In this document: positions 10,154 through 19,944 of the stretch, piece after piece
Numbering within the stretch: position 1 is the stretch's first letter
Layout of the letters: each line of letters opens with the position of its first letter
Source: an uncultured delta proteobacterium
GTDB taxonomy: Bacteria > Desulfobacterota > Binatia > UBA9968
Length of the DNA stretch: 64,000 bases
Assembly: GCA_963745035.1 (NCBI GenBank)
Contig: CAVUVW010000014.1
Location: 832,001-896,000, forward strand
Direction: 5' to 3'
Notes under the pieces: generated by a model
Databases searched by the model: none
Seen by the model: the letters and a program-made list of their open reading frames with translations, nothing else
What the model was told of the DNA's origin: nothing
Program-made: the position numbers and the translations under genes

Positions 10154-11110
10154 GTGAGAATCGTTGTCGTAGCTTTGATTCTGTTCCTTCATCTTGGCGC
10201 GGCCGACGCGCGCAAGATTACCGTCGCGGTGCCGGTGCTCGACGTGACGCAGAGCGCTTTGTACGTCGCGCGCGACCGCGGTTTTTACCAGAAAGAAGGC
10301 TTGGACGTCGAGCTGATCCTCATGCGCGGCGGGGTGGCGAACCAGGCGTTGATCGCAGGCAACGTCGAATTCACCACGGTGCCGACGGCGGGATTGCAAG
10401 CCGCCCTGCAAGGCGCGCCGCTTAAAGTCGTGCTCAGCACGTTTCACAAGCCGATGTTTTGGCTCTATGCCCGGCCCGAGATTCGCGGCGCCAAGGATCT
10501 CAGCAACAAGAAGATTGCGGTATCGAGCTTGGGCGCGGCGGGCGACTCCGCGCTGCGCGAGTGGATCAAGAAAAACGGCATGGACGAGAACCGGGAAGTT
10601 GCGATCTTATCCATCGGCACGACCGCCACGCGTCTGGGCGCGCTTTCCGCCGGCGTGGTGGATGCCGCGATGATGACGTTTCCGCACAATCTCACGGCCG
10701 CCGAATCGGGCTTTCGCGAGCTGGTCTCGTTCATCGCCTCCGATATCATCCAGCTCCAGGGCGCCATCGTGACCCGCGAAGGCTTGCTCAGCTCGGAGTC
10801 AGGCATGGTGGAAAAGTTTCTCCGCGCCACGATCAAAGGAATCCTTTACTATTCGAACAATCGCAAGAGCGCGGTTTCGATTCTCGCGCGAAACGTGAAG
10901 ACCCAGGACGAGCTGGCGGGGAAAATCTATGATCTGGTCAAGCCGGCGCTGACGCCGGAAGGGATTCTCAGCGACGATTTGCAGAAACAGGTGATGGCGC
11001 CGCTGCTCGAGCGTGTCAACAAACGGGATCTCGCAACCGGCAGGTTCTTCGATTTCGCGCTGGCACGCAAGCTGAACGGCGAGCTCAAAGCGGAAGGCTG
11101 GAAGCCGTAG
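10154..11110 (+). CDS. ABC-type substrate-binding protein (NMT1/SsuA-like)
   Basis: Signal peptide, LYVARDRGFYQKEGLDVELI, KIAVSSLG, GVVDAAM. Confidence 0.85.
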   Translation: MRIVVVALILFLHLGAADARKITVAVPVLDVTQSALYVARDRGFYQKEGLDVELILMRGGVANQALIAGNVEFTTVPTAGLQAALQGAPLKVVLSTFHKPMFWLYARPEIRGAKDLSNKKIAVSSLGAAGDSALREWIKKNGMDENREVAILSIGTTATRLGALSAGVVDAAMMTFPHNLTAAESGFRELVSFIASDIIQLQGAIVTREGLLSSESGMVEKFLRATIKGILYYSNNRKSAVSILARNVKTQDELAGKIYDLVKPALTPEGILSDDLQKQVMAPLLERVNKRDLATGRFFDFALARKLNGELKAEGWKP

Positions 11111-11138
11111 ATTTGGCCGGTTGTTCCCAGTGGGCTTG

Positions 11139-11444
11139 TCAGATTCGCAGATCTAGTTTCGGGATAACCAACAACCGCTCGACGAAACGATCGTCGCCGA
11201 ACTTGCTCGCGTACAAGCCGAGCAGGCCGAGCGGCACAAAGAGCGCGGTCAAGCCCCACGCTTGCCACGTTACTTCGTAGCTCATTAAAGCCGCCAGCGG
11301 CGGCAGCGCGGCGACTTCCAGACAAACTCCGCTGCTGAACACGAGCAGGCTGCGTTTCCACCGGCTGGTCTGCAGGCGTATCGCCCGCGAATCACGCAGG
11401 CACAATAAAAATCCTTCAATCAAACCCAGTTCGCGATGCTGCAT
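11139..11444 (-). CDS. Small hypothetical membrane protein
   Basis: 101 aa ORF with two hydrophobic segments; no recognisable motif. Confidence 0.45.
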   Translation of the reverse strand: MQHRELGLIEGFLLCLRDSRAIRLQTSRWKRSLLVFSSGVCLEVAALPPLAALMSYEVTWQAWGLTALFVPLGLLGLYASKFGDDRFVERLLVIPKLDLRI

Positions 11445-11666
11445 CTCATATCGACCCCACGGCTAGAATTGCGCTGCTGCGGAATAGTGCCGAGGGCCGG
11501 ACGGGAGAAGAGAAACCGGTCGCGGACGAAAGGCGGCATTCTGCGCTACGCGAGAGATTCGGCGTATAGTAAGGTCCGCAGCGTTACAATGCAAATAGTT
11601 CTGGGCTGGCGAGGAGCCGCAGAACGACTGCCCGGACGCGAGAGTTACCGGGCGGGTTGCGATCTG

Positions 11667-11879
11667 CTAGCGGTAGCGCCAGTAATCCCTGCTATAGGAG
11701 CGGCCGGTGCGTCCTTCGTCGCGGCGCCGTTCAGCGGCGCGGCCGTCGCGATAGCCTTCACGATACGAGTTATTATAGGAGCTGCCGTAGTCGTCATAGT
11801 CGTCGTGCACGCCATAATGGCAGCCGGCCAAGACCGTCGCCGCCAATAGAGAACTGGCCAGGAAAGTTCGAGCTCTCAT
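11667..11879 (-). CDS. Small Tyr/Arg/Asp-rich lipoprotein (70 aa)
   Basis: MRARTFLASSLLAATVLAGC lipobox; strong RBS GGAGGAGG upstream on the minus strand. Confidence 0.75.
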   Translation of the reverse strand: MRARTFLASSLLAATVLAGCHYGVHDDYDDYGSSYNNSYREGYRDGRAAERRRDEGRTGRSYSRDYWRYR

Positions 11880-12153
11880 TGCAAGAATTCCTCCTCCTGG
11901 AGGGTTAGACGGTTGGAGGAGGCTGACTGAAACAATTAAAGGAGTGGAACGTAAACTCGCGGCGGGGGAAAACAACGTATCGCGACCTGCCCGAGCCTGT
12001 CCGCGAGTTAGGACAGCATGGTGATTTATCCGCCAAGAGTCATGGGATGTGCTGCGGAGAACGAAGGCGGCGGCCGACTACCGCACACACTGCGGCGATA
12101 ACGGGAGCAAGGTAAGACTTTGCAGCCGCCGGCAGCTCGCGCCGCTCAAAAGA

Positions 12154-12429
12154 TCAACGTGCGCGCGGTTGTGCGGCGGCGTTTTTGGACTGAAACTTCT
12201 GGTAGATCCACAACAGGACAAATGCGCCGACGATCGAGCCGATCCAGCCGGCGCCCTGGCCGGCTTCGTACCAGCCGATTGCGTGGCCGGCATAGGTGGC
12301 GACAAGGGAACCGGCGATGCCGAGCAAGGTCGTCACGATCATGCCCATGTTTTCCTTGCCGGGCATGATGAATTTGGCGATGACCCCGACGACAAATCCG
12401 ACAATAATCGCTATTAACAGACCCAACAT
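12154..12429 (-). CDS. GlsB/YeaQ/YmgE family stress-response membrane protein
   Basis: IIVGFVVGVIAKFIMPG...TLLGIAGS...WIGSIVGAFVLLWIY. Confidence 0.9.
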   Translation of the reverse strand: MLGLLIAIIVGFVVGVIAKFIMPGKENMGMIVTTLLGIAGSLVATYAGHAIGWYEAGQGAGWIGSIVGAFVLLWIYQKFQSKNAAAQPRAR

Positions 12430-12761
12430 AGCTCCCTCCTTCTAGTAGCACTGCCTCTCCGCACCCGTATAGCGATAATCGCCGCTCGGCGTCAAGCGCT
12501 CTGTGACACGCCCGCGCTCAAGATTGCGCGTGCCGAACCAAGTCGTGCCCGCAGAATCTCGGGTTCAACCAAGCAGCCCAGTTCCGAGTACGGGCGTCAT
12601 GAAGCGACTTTTCCGGCGGCGACCGAAGAGATTTTGCGCGATCGATTCGTTGCCTTTTCCGCTGCTTCGGCCGTTGCTTCTTTGCCAAATTTAGAGCTAA
12701 GCTCGGGCATCCAGCGGCGAGCCCATGATCACTCTGAGCTTAGCTGGGGAAGGAGCCTTCC

Positions 12762-13616
12762 ATGCGTCTTGACCAAGAAGAAGAAAGCCGGAATGTCGAA
12801 GATCGCCGCGGTATGCGGGTGTCGCGGGGCATCGCCGGCGGCGGTATCGGGACTATCGTTATCATTTTGATCGCCCTGTTTTTCGGCGTCGATCCGAGTC
12901 TACTGTTGCAGGGGAACGTGGAACAAACAGGCGCTCCGCCGCCGCAGTCGCAACCCTCTGCAAGACAAGACGAGATGCGCGAGTTCGTCGCGCGCGTGCT
13001 GGGAAGCACGGAGCGGACGTGGAGCGAGATCTTCAGGGCGGGCGGGCGCACCTACGAGAAGCCGACTTTGGTGCTTTTCTCGGACGCCGTCCAGTCCGCC
13101 TGCGGCTCGGCCCAGGCGGCGTCCGGGCCGTTTTATTGCGGCGGCGACCACAAGGTTTACATCGATCTTTCTTTTTACCGCGATCTCCGCGAGCGCTTTC
13201 GAGCGCCCGGCGACTTCGCGCAGGCCTACGTAATTGCCCATGAAGTCGGCCACCATGTGCAGAATCTCCTCGGCATTATGGGAAAAGTTCAGTCGCTGCA
13301 GAGCCGGGCGAGAAGCGAGAGCGAAGCCAATCAACTTTCCATACGCCTCGAGCTGCAAGCCGACTGCTTGGCGGGCATCTGGGCCAGCTATGCGCATCGC
13401 GAGCGCAACATCCTGGAGCAGGGCGACGTCGAAGAGGGATTGAACGCGGCGGCGCAGATCGGCGATGATCGGATGCAGAAGCGCATGCAGGGCTACGTCG
13501 TCCCGGAGGGCTTCACTCACGGCAGCGCCGAGCAGCGCGTGCAGTGGTTTCGCCGCGGCATGGAGAACGTCGATCTGAAGCAGTGCGACACTTTCTCCAG
13601 GCGTCCGCTGTCATAA
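12762..13616 (+). CDS. ypfJ: Neutral zinc metallopeptidase (YpfJ family)
   Basis: ESRNVEDRRG, SGPFYC, GDFAQAYVIAHEVGHHVQ, ELQADCLAG, FTHGSAEQR. Confidence 0.92.
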   Translation: MRLDQEEESRNVEDRRGMRVSRGIAGGGIGTIVIILIALFFGVDPSLLLQGNVEQTGAPPPQSQPSARQDEMREFVARVLGSTERTWSEIFRAGGRTYEKPTLVLFSDAVQSACGSAQAASGPFYCGGDHKVYIDLSFYRDLRERFRAPGDFAQAYVIAHEVGHHVQNLLGIMGKVQSLQSRARSESEANQLSIRLELQADCLAGIWASYAHRERNILEQGDVEEGLNAAAQIGDDRMQKRMQGYVVPEGFTHGSAEQRVQWFRRGMENVDLKQCDTFSRRPLS

Positions 13617-13671
13617 GCCGGCTCGGCGCCGCGGCCCGAGGGCAAAATTTCGGTTCTCACCGGAGGTGCTC

Positions 13672-14740
13672 ATGAAAATGTTTCGCGCGTTGGGTTTTTA
13701 TGCATTCATCGCCGGCTTGGCGTTTACCATCGTGTCTCTCGGAGCCGGCAAGGCATATTCTCAAGCCGATTTTTACAAGGGCAAGACGATCAAGATCGTG
13801 CGCGGGGGCGGCCCCGGCGGCTCCGGCGAGTTTCAAACCCGGGCTCTGGTGAAAGTGTTGGAAAAGCACATACCGGGAAAGCCGTCGCTGCAGGTGGAGT
13901 TCATCGAGGGCGCCGCGGGCCGCAAAGCGGCCAACGTGATTTACAGCAACACCAAGCCGGACGGGCTTACGATCGGGTCGATCGGCGCAGGCCTTGTGGT
14001 CGGGCCAATCTTGGGACTTCCGGGCACCAGCTACGATCTCGATAAGTTCATTTATCTCGGGTCGACGGACAGCGGCGACCCCTATATTTTTTACACCAAG
14101 GCGGAACTGGGACTCGATTCCATCGAAAAGCTGCGCGGCGCCAGCGGCCTTCGTTTCGCGGCCCACGCGGTGGGGCACCCGGTATATGTCACGGGACGAA
14201 TGATGGCGTATATGATCGGACTGAAAGAACCCAAGATTCGTGACAGGGTTCACCAACCCGGAAATTTACATCGCCTTTAACCGCGGCGAAATCGATGCCC
14301 ATGCGACCGGAGCGGCTCGATTCGCCATCGACCAGAAGGAGTGGATCGATAAAAAGCAGGTCCACCTTCATGCGACGCTCACCGTGCCAAAAGGGCGCCA
14401 TCACCCCATGTTTGCCAAGGTGGCCGAGCTGGGCACGTTTGCGAAGTCGGACACCGAGCGAAAGCTGTTGGATATGTTCCGCGCGTTCCAATACCCGCGC
14501 TGGCCATACTTGTTTCCTCCAGGGACCCCAAAAGAGCGCGTGCAGATCATCCGCGATGCAATACGCAAATCGTTAGCCGATCCTGAATTTACTGCAGAGT
14601 ATACAAAGCTCATGGGCGATCCGCCGGCGCCTATGGACGGCGAGGAATTGGAAAAGGCGATCAAGGAATTGCCGCGCGATAAAGAGGTCGTCGCGCTTTA
14701 TCAGAAAATGGCCGGCGCCGATCCTCTGCCGGCGCGATAG
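13672..14740 (+). CDS. Bug/TctC-like tripartite tricarboxylate transporter substrate-binding protein, frameshift near 14237
   Basis: DFYKGKTIKI, HIPGKP, KPDGLTIG; the second frame gives RGEIDA...PPGTPKERV...DPEF. Confidence 0.8.
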
Positions 14741-14973
14741 CTTTCTTCCGCGTGCACAAATATTTCGGCGTGAGACACGGACAAGTGCTCACGCCGAGAG
14801 CATTCATTGCTATGCGTCGACTTCGCTGATCTTTCGAGCAGACTTCCAGTCGGGATCACCAAGTCTTTCACGGATCGCTCAATCTTCCTGGACGCGCTGT
14901 CCGAATCGTCGTCAGAGCGCACTGCACCGCCGGCGTTTGCCGCAGGCGAATTCTCCGACTAGACTACAAAAAT

Positions 14974-17649
14974 ATGAAAGCGAAGACGACAAAGAAATCC
15001 GCCAACCGATCCAACGGCGCGGCGGCGGCGCCCGTCAATCCGGACGCGCGCAAAGTGCTTTTGCTCGACGGCCATTCACTCGCCTTTCGCGCGTTTTTTG
15101 CTCTACCCGATACTCTCGTTACCTCGTCGGGACAGGTCACCAACGCCGTTTATGGTTTTACCGCGATGCTTATCAAGCTTATGGCGGACGAGCGGCCGCA
15201 GGGGGTGGTGGTGTGCTTCGACAAAGGCGCTCCGCAGTTTCGTCTGGAACGCTATGCGGAATACAAGGCCGGCAGAGCCGAAACTCCGGACCTATTTAGG
15301 CAGCAGCTACCGCTGATCCGCGAGGTGCTGGGGGCGTTGCGCATCCCGATGATCGAGCTGGAGGGATACGAAGCGGACGATCTGCTCGCGACTTTGACGA
15401 AGCATGCCCGCGAGGAAGGCTGTGAAGTCGTTCTCGTCACCGGCGACCGCGACATTCTCCAACTGGTGCGCGACGGCGTCTCGGTGATCATGACCCGCCG
15501 GGGGATCTCCGACGTGATCCGGTATGACGTCGCGACGGTGATCGAGCGCTACGGCGTGCCGCCGGAGAAGTGGACGGATTTCGTGGCGCTGAAGGGAGAA
15601 ACGTCGGACAATCTGCCCGGCGTGCCCGGCGTCGGCGACAAAACCGCCGCACAGCTCATCAACAAATACGGCGACATCGAGCAGGTAATCGCGCACGCCG
15701 AAGAGCTTACACCGAAGCTGCGCCAAGCGATCCAGGAGCAGGCCGGACAGGTTCGCATCAACAAAGAGCTTGGCCGGCTGTTGGACGACGTGCGCTTGGA
15801 GCTCGATCCGGCAAAGCTGCGTTTGGAAAATTGGGATGACGAAGCGGTCCGCGGCCTCTTCATGTCGCTCGAGTTCCGGAGCCTCCATGAGCGTCTGAAG
15901 GAGATCAAGTTTCACACTGCCGCGGCGGCTCCCGCGCTCGAAGCGGTTTCGCTCTCGGAATTCAGCTCCGAGGCGGAGCTGAGCCCGGACGAGGCGGTAG
16001 CGCTGGCTTGGCGCGAAAAATGGCTGGCCATATCCGACCAAGTCGGGGCCGCGCGCGTGCTGCCTTTCGACGGCGCCATCGAGCGGCTCGCCGGCTCTTT
16101 GAAAGACCCGACCCGGCCAAAGATTGTCCACGACGCCAAGCCGCTGTATCGCGCCGCGCTGAGCGCCGGCGTGGAGATCGACGGGCTCGAGTGCGATACC
16201 AAGATTGCGGCCTATCTGATCGAGCCGGGCTCATCCTCTGGTTATACGGCGCGCGATACGATCAGCCGCTATCTCGGCGTCTCAATCGATGCCAGCAAGA
16301 CTGAGCTGCAGGCCGGCGAGCAGGCTACCCTCGCGTTCGCCGAAGACGAAAAGCAGGCGGTGTGCCGCGAAGCGGCGGCGGTGCGCGCGCTCGCCCCGGT
16401 CGTTTCGGAGCGCCTGCGGGCGCAAGGCAGTTGGGACCTCGCCAGTGCGCTCGAGTTCCCCTTGATCCGGGTGCTTGCGCGGATGGAGCACACGGGTATT
16501 CTCGTCGACCGCGACTACCTCCAAAAGCTCAACGCCGACTTCGGAGAGAAAATGACCGCCTTGGAGGCGGCGATTCAAGAGCACGCCGGCGAGTCGTTCA
16601 ACGTGAACTCCAATCCGCAGCTCCAGCGCATTCTTTTTGAGAAATTGGCGCTGCCCAAAACCAGAAGAATCAAAACCGGCTATTCCACCGACGCCGCGGA
16701 ACTGGAAAAACTTGCCGGCAGTCATCCGATCGTAGCCGCGCTGCTCGAATATCGCGAGGTGTCGAAGCTCAAGAACGGTTTTACCGAGATGCTGCTGGCG
16801 CTCGTCGATCCGCGGACGCGCAGGATCCACACGACTTACGAACAGACGACGGCTGCGACCGGGCGCCTGTCCTCGACGGCGCCCAACCTGCAAAATATCC
16901 CCATCCGCGGCGAGCTCGGCCGGCAGATCCGCCGCGCCTTTATCGCGCCGCCGGGGCACGTGCTGCTGTCGGCGGATTACTCCCAGATCGAGCTGCGCGT
17001 GTTGGCGCACCTTTCCGAGGATGAGACCTTTTGCCAAGCGTTCGCGCAGAAGCACGACTTTCACGCCACCATCGCCGCCAAAGTCTACGGCGTGGGCCTA
17101 AGCGAAGTCACCTCGACGATGCGCAATCAGGTCAAGCAATTTTCGTACGGCATCGCGTACGGCATGTCCACCTACGGAGTCTCGCAGCGTCTCGGTGTCG
17201 AGATGGACGAGGCGGCGAGCTTCGTGGAGACCTACTACGCGCAGTTTCCCAAGCTCAAAGAATTTCTCGCCGCACAGGTAGAGAAGGCAAAAGTCGACGG
17301 TTTTACCACCACGATGTTCGGCCGGCGCCGCTATCTGCCGGAGCTGCTTTCGTCCAACTTCCGGCTGCGCGCGCTAGGCGAGCGCATGGCTCTCAATGCG
17401 CCGATCCAGGGCAGTGCCGCCGACATCATCAAGAAGGCGATGGTCGGAGTCGATGCGGCTTTGTGCAGGGAACCGGTGGCGACCATGCTTCTGAGCGTGC
17501 ACGACGAGCTGGTCTTCGAGATGCCGGAGGACAAGCTCGATCACGCCCGGACGCTCATCGAGAACGAAATGATCAAGGCGGCCGATCTCCGCTGCGGCTT
17601 GGCCGTCGACGTGCACACCGGAAGCCACTGGGCGGAGGCGCACGCGTAG
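14974..17649 (+). CDS. polA: DNA polymerase I
   Basis: 5'-3' exonuclease (LLLDGHSLAFRAF, EADD, TGDRD, SDNLPGVPGVG) and Pol A motifs (TGRLSS..PNLQNIP, SADYSQIELR, NAPIQGSAAD, VHDEL). Confidence 0.98.
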   Translation: MKAKTTKKSANRSNGAAAAPVNPDARKVLLLDGHSLAFRAFFALPDTLVTSSGQVTNAVYGFTAMLIKLMADERPQGVVVCFDKGAPQFRLERYAEYKAGRAETPDLFRQQLPLIREVLGALRIPMIELEGYEADDLLATLTKHAREEGCEVVLVTGDRDILQLVRDGVSVIMTRRGISDVIRYDVATVIERYGVPPEKWTDFVALKGETSDNLPGVPGVGDKTAAQLINKYGDIEQVIAHAEELTPKLRQAIQEQAGQVRINKELGRLLDDVRLELDPAKLRLENWDDEAVRGLFMSLEFRSLHERLKEIKFHTAAAAPALEAVSLSEFSSEAELSPDEAVALAWREKWLAISDQVGAARVLPFDGAIERLAGSLKDPTRPKIVHDAKPLYRAALSAGVEIDGLECDTKIAAYLIEPGSSSGYTARDTISRYLGVSIDASKTELQAGEQATLAFAEDEKQAVCREAAAVRALAPVVSERLRAQGSWDLASALEFPLIRVLARMEHTGILVDRDYLQKLNADFGEKMTALEAAIQEHAGESFNVNSNPQLQRILFEKLALPKTRRIKTGYSTDAAELEKLAGSHPIVAALLEYREVSKLKNGFTEMLLALVDPRTRRIHTTYEQTTAATGRLSSTAPNLQNIPIRGELGRQIRRAFIAPPGHVLLSADYSQIELRVLAHLSEDETFCQAFAQKHDFHATIAAKVYGVGLSEVTSTMRNQVKQFSYGIAYGMSTYGVSQRLGVEMDEAASFVETYYAQFPKLKEFLAAQVEKAKVDGFTTTMFGRRRYLPELLSSNFRLRALGERMALNAPIQGSAADIIKKAMVGVDAALCREPVATMLLSVHDELVFEMPEDKLDHARTLIENEMIKAADLRCGLAVDVHTGSHWAEAHA

Positions 17650-17687
17650 AAGTTAAAAGGCGAAGCGCAAACGCGAATTCAAGATTC

Positions 17688-18753
17688 TTACCGGCGCGGT
17701 GGAGCGATGGAGAGAAGCCTTTTTGGCCCTTGCGACAGCGACTTCGGGTCGGATCGCTCCTCAGGGCGCGCTCGGCGGCGGGCTTCTTGCTTGAGAAACA
17801 GCGGCGTGTCGGTGGGAGTTAACAACAGCGCCGGCCGCTTGCCGGAGCCGGCAGCGCGGGAAAAGAACGTCGCAAGAATGTTTTCAATCGACAGAATCCC
17901 CGCCGTATTGTGATTGCCGTTGACCACGAGACCAACCACGTAACCGGCCGAGTCGACGACCACTCCTCCGCTCATGTGATTATCGATGCGCATGCCCCAG
18001 CGAGTGTCTTTGGCGACCCCTTGGCTCTCCAAATAGGAGGGCGTGTAGACCTCGAGATCGGCGGCAAAATAACCCCGCCGGTTCTTTTCCGTTAAATTCA
18101 AAAAACCTTCGGAGATCACGAAATCATGCTCGCTCGGGAATCCCGCGATGAAAACCCGCTTGGGCGGCAGCAGCGGCGTCAGGTTGAAATCCGCGGAGGG
18201 ATTGCTCACATCGACGCTGGTTTGATCGAAGTCGCGAAGCCGCCAGAACGAAAACGACTGGGAAGAGTCCGTTTTGATCTTGCCGATGACAAAGTCTCGC
18301 TGTTTGATGATTTCGTCGGGGCTGTGCTTTTCCTTGCCTTTGGTCGACTCAGATTCTTTTAAATGCGCGATAATCTCGATGGGGAACTCCCGATCGTCGT
18401 TGACGGCCACGTACCGGACGTTGGGACGGGCGGTCGAGCAATCGATCTGAACCGACAGAGCCGCTGATTTCCCGCTGCGCCGCTAAACAATACTTCATCA
18501 CGTGATAGGCGGTGACGAATAGCCCGTCCGGCGACAGGAGAAAACCCGATCCCAGATTGACGCGGCGCCAGACCTGCTCCTTATCGCGGTATTCGAGAAT
18601 GATCTTGACGCTCCTCGAACGCGCATGCGCCCAGGAAAAGGCGACGCCTGGAGACAGGGAAAATTCCTCGGCGCTCGTGATGAAGTTACTCGATGCCGGC
18701 GCGGGAAAGAGGAACAATACCGCTATAAGGGCTAGGAAGTGAACGTGGAACAC
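17688..18753 (-). CDS. Secreted trypsin-like serine protease, frameshift near 18460
   Basis: Signal peptide, GSGFLLSPDGLFVTAYHV (His), RDFVIGKI (Asp), HMSGGVVVDSAGYVVGLV (Ser) across two joined ORFs. Confidence 0.75.
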
Positions 18754-18928
18754 TGTGCAAATTTTTCATTTTTTATCCCATCCGGTGGCAAAAGGCAAAG
18801 TTTTTTTCCGATTGGGCAAAATTTTTTCGCTCTTGACTGGAAACTTTTCACGGACGGCGGGCGTCAGCCAAACACTTACAACGCAGTGGAGGCGAACATC
18901 ATCTTCGGGGTGACGATCGCTACCGACT

Positions 18929-18943
18929 TGGCATGTGTCTTGC
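18929..18943 (+). promoter_or_regulatory. Putative sigma54 (-24/-12) promoter
   Basis: TGGC-ATGTGTC-TTGC, 66 nt upstream of ATG 19010; matches TGGC-N7-TTGC. Confidence 0.65.
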
Positions 18944-19009
18944 GCCTTCAAATGGGCAGCAATGGGCGAGTCTGATTCGCTCAAATAAGATCGAGAGGAG
19001 TTTAGGCCA

Positions 19010-19198
19010 ATGGCTAGATATGGCGCAAAAGCGTCTGAGAAAGTTAAAAAAGCGATGCGTGAACGGAAGAAAGGAAAATTGCGAAGCGGGCGTTCGGGAA
19101 AGAAGGTGACGAGCCGCAAACAAGCGATCGCGATTGGACTGTCCCAGGCGCGCCGGGCCGGGGGAAAAGTCCCGCGCAAAAAATCCAAAAAGAAGTAA
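19010..19198 (+). CDS. Small basic protein (DUF6496-like)
   Basis: KVKKAMRERKKGKLRSGRSGKKVTSRKQAIAIGLSQARRAGGKVP; RBS GAGGAG. Confidence 0.85.
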   Translation: MARYGAKASEKVKKAMRERKKGKLRSGRSGKKVTSRKQAIAIGLSQARRAGGKVPRKKSKKK

Positions 19199-19287
19199 CG
19201 CGGACGGGTCGAAACCGATCTTCATGGAGCGCGCCGGCGAGGATCAATTATCTCGGGGCGCGCTCCATAGTTTCGTGAGAACAAACG

Positions 19288-19674
19288 TCAGCGGAAGAAT
19301 AGATTCCCGTGGGACGGAGAGCTTGCGCGCTGGTATAGTCGCCGCGTCGCCTGACGGCGAGATGACCCGGCGCGCAGCAACAGAATAAGAAAGAGAACGG
19401 CAAGGACGCCAGTGAAAAGCGGCGCAATCACCATCCAGAGAGCGCTTAAGTTAAGCAGAATCACCGCTTGAACTACGCCAAGAATAAAGAAGCAGAGCGC
19501 GAGCGCCACGAAACCAAGCCAAATCCAGACCGAGAGCGTCGCCTGCTTCGATGTGCCGAAAAAGAGCCGCAGCTCTTGCGGTCTTACCAGGTGTGTTCCG
19601 CGTGCCGTTCGAGCCAGTGCTACCGCCGCTAGGCCAAGCGGAACAAGCCAGAGAAAGAAAAGCATTTTCCACAT
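19288..19674 (-). CDS. Hypothetical membrane protein (3 TM)
   Basis: 128 aa ORF with three hydrophobic segments; preceded by a sigma54-like promoter. Confidence 0.6.
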   Translation of the reverse strand: MWKMLFFLWLVPLGLAAVALARTARGTHLVRPQELRLFFGTSKQATLSVWIWLGFVALALCFFILGVVQAVILLNLSALWMVIAPLFTGVLAVLFLILLLRAGSSRRQATRRLYQRASSPSHGNLFFR

Positions 19675-19729
19675 AAGACACCGTAGCGTTGGCGGATCGT
19701 GTTCGGGGCCACGCTTGAGAAAGTAAAAA

Positions 19730-19744
19730 GCAAACTACATTCCA
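19730..19744 (-). promoter_or_regulatory. Putative sigma54 (-24/-12) promoter
   Basis: Minus strand TGGA-ATGTAGT-TTGC (GG-N10-GC), about 55 nt upstream of ATG 19674; palindrome GTGAA-TAT-TTCAC at 19838-19850 further upstream. Confidence 0.5.
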
Positions 19745-19944
19745 CTCCGAGTAGCTTAATTTTGCTAGCGAAACTTTAGTAATGCGGATTTTCATAGTAG
19801 GAAAAACTCAGACAGGAAGAAGAAATCGGAAAAATGGGTGAATATTTCACGTTGATCCCTTAAGCGAAGGCAAGTAATCTGCCGTCAGCTTTGATCTCTC
19901 AGATATTCTCCCCTCGAATTGCCACCACGGATCGCGCGCGGCGA

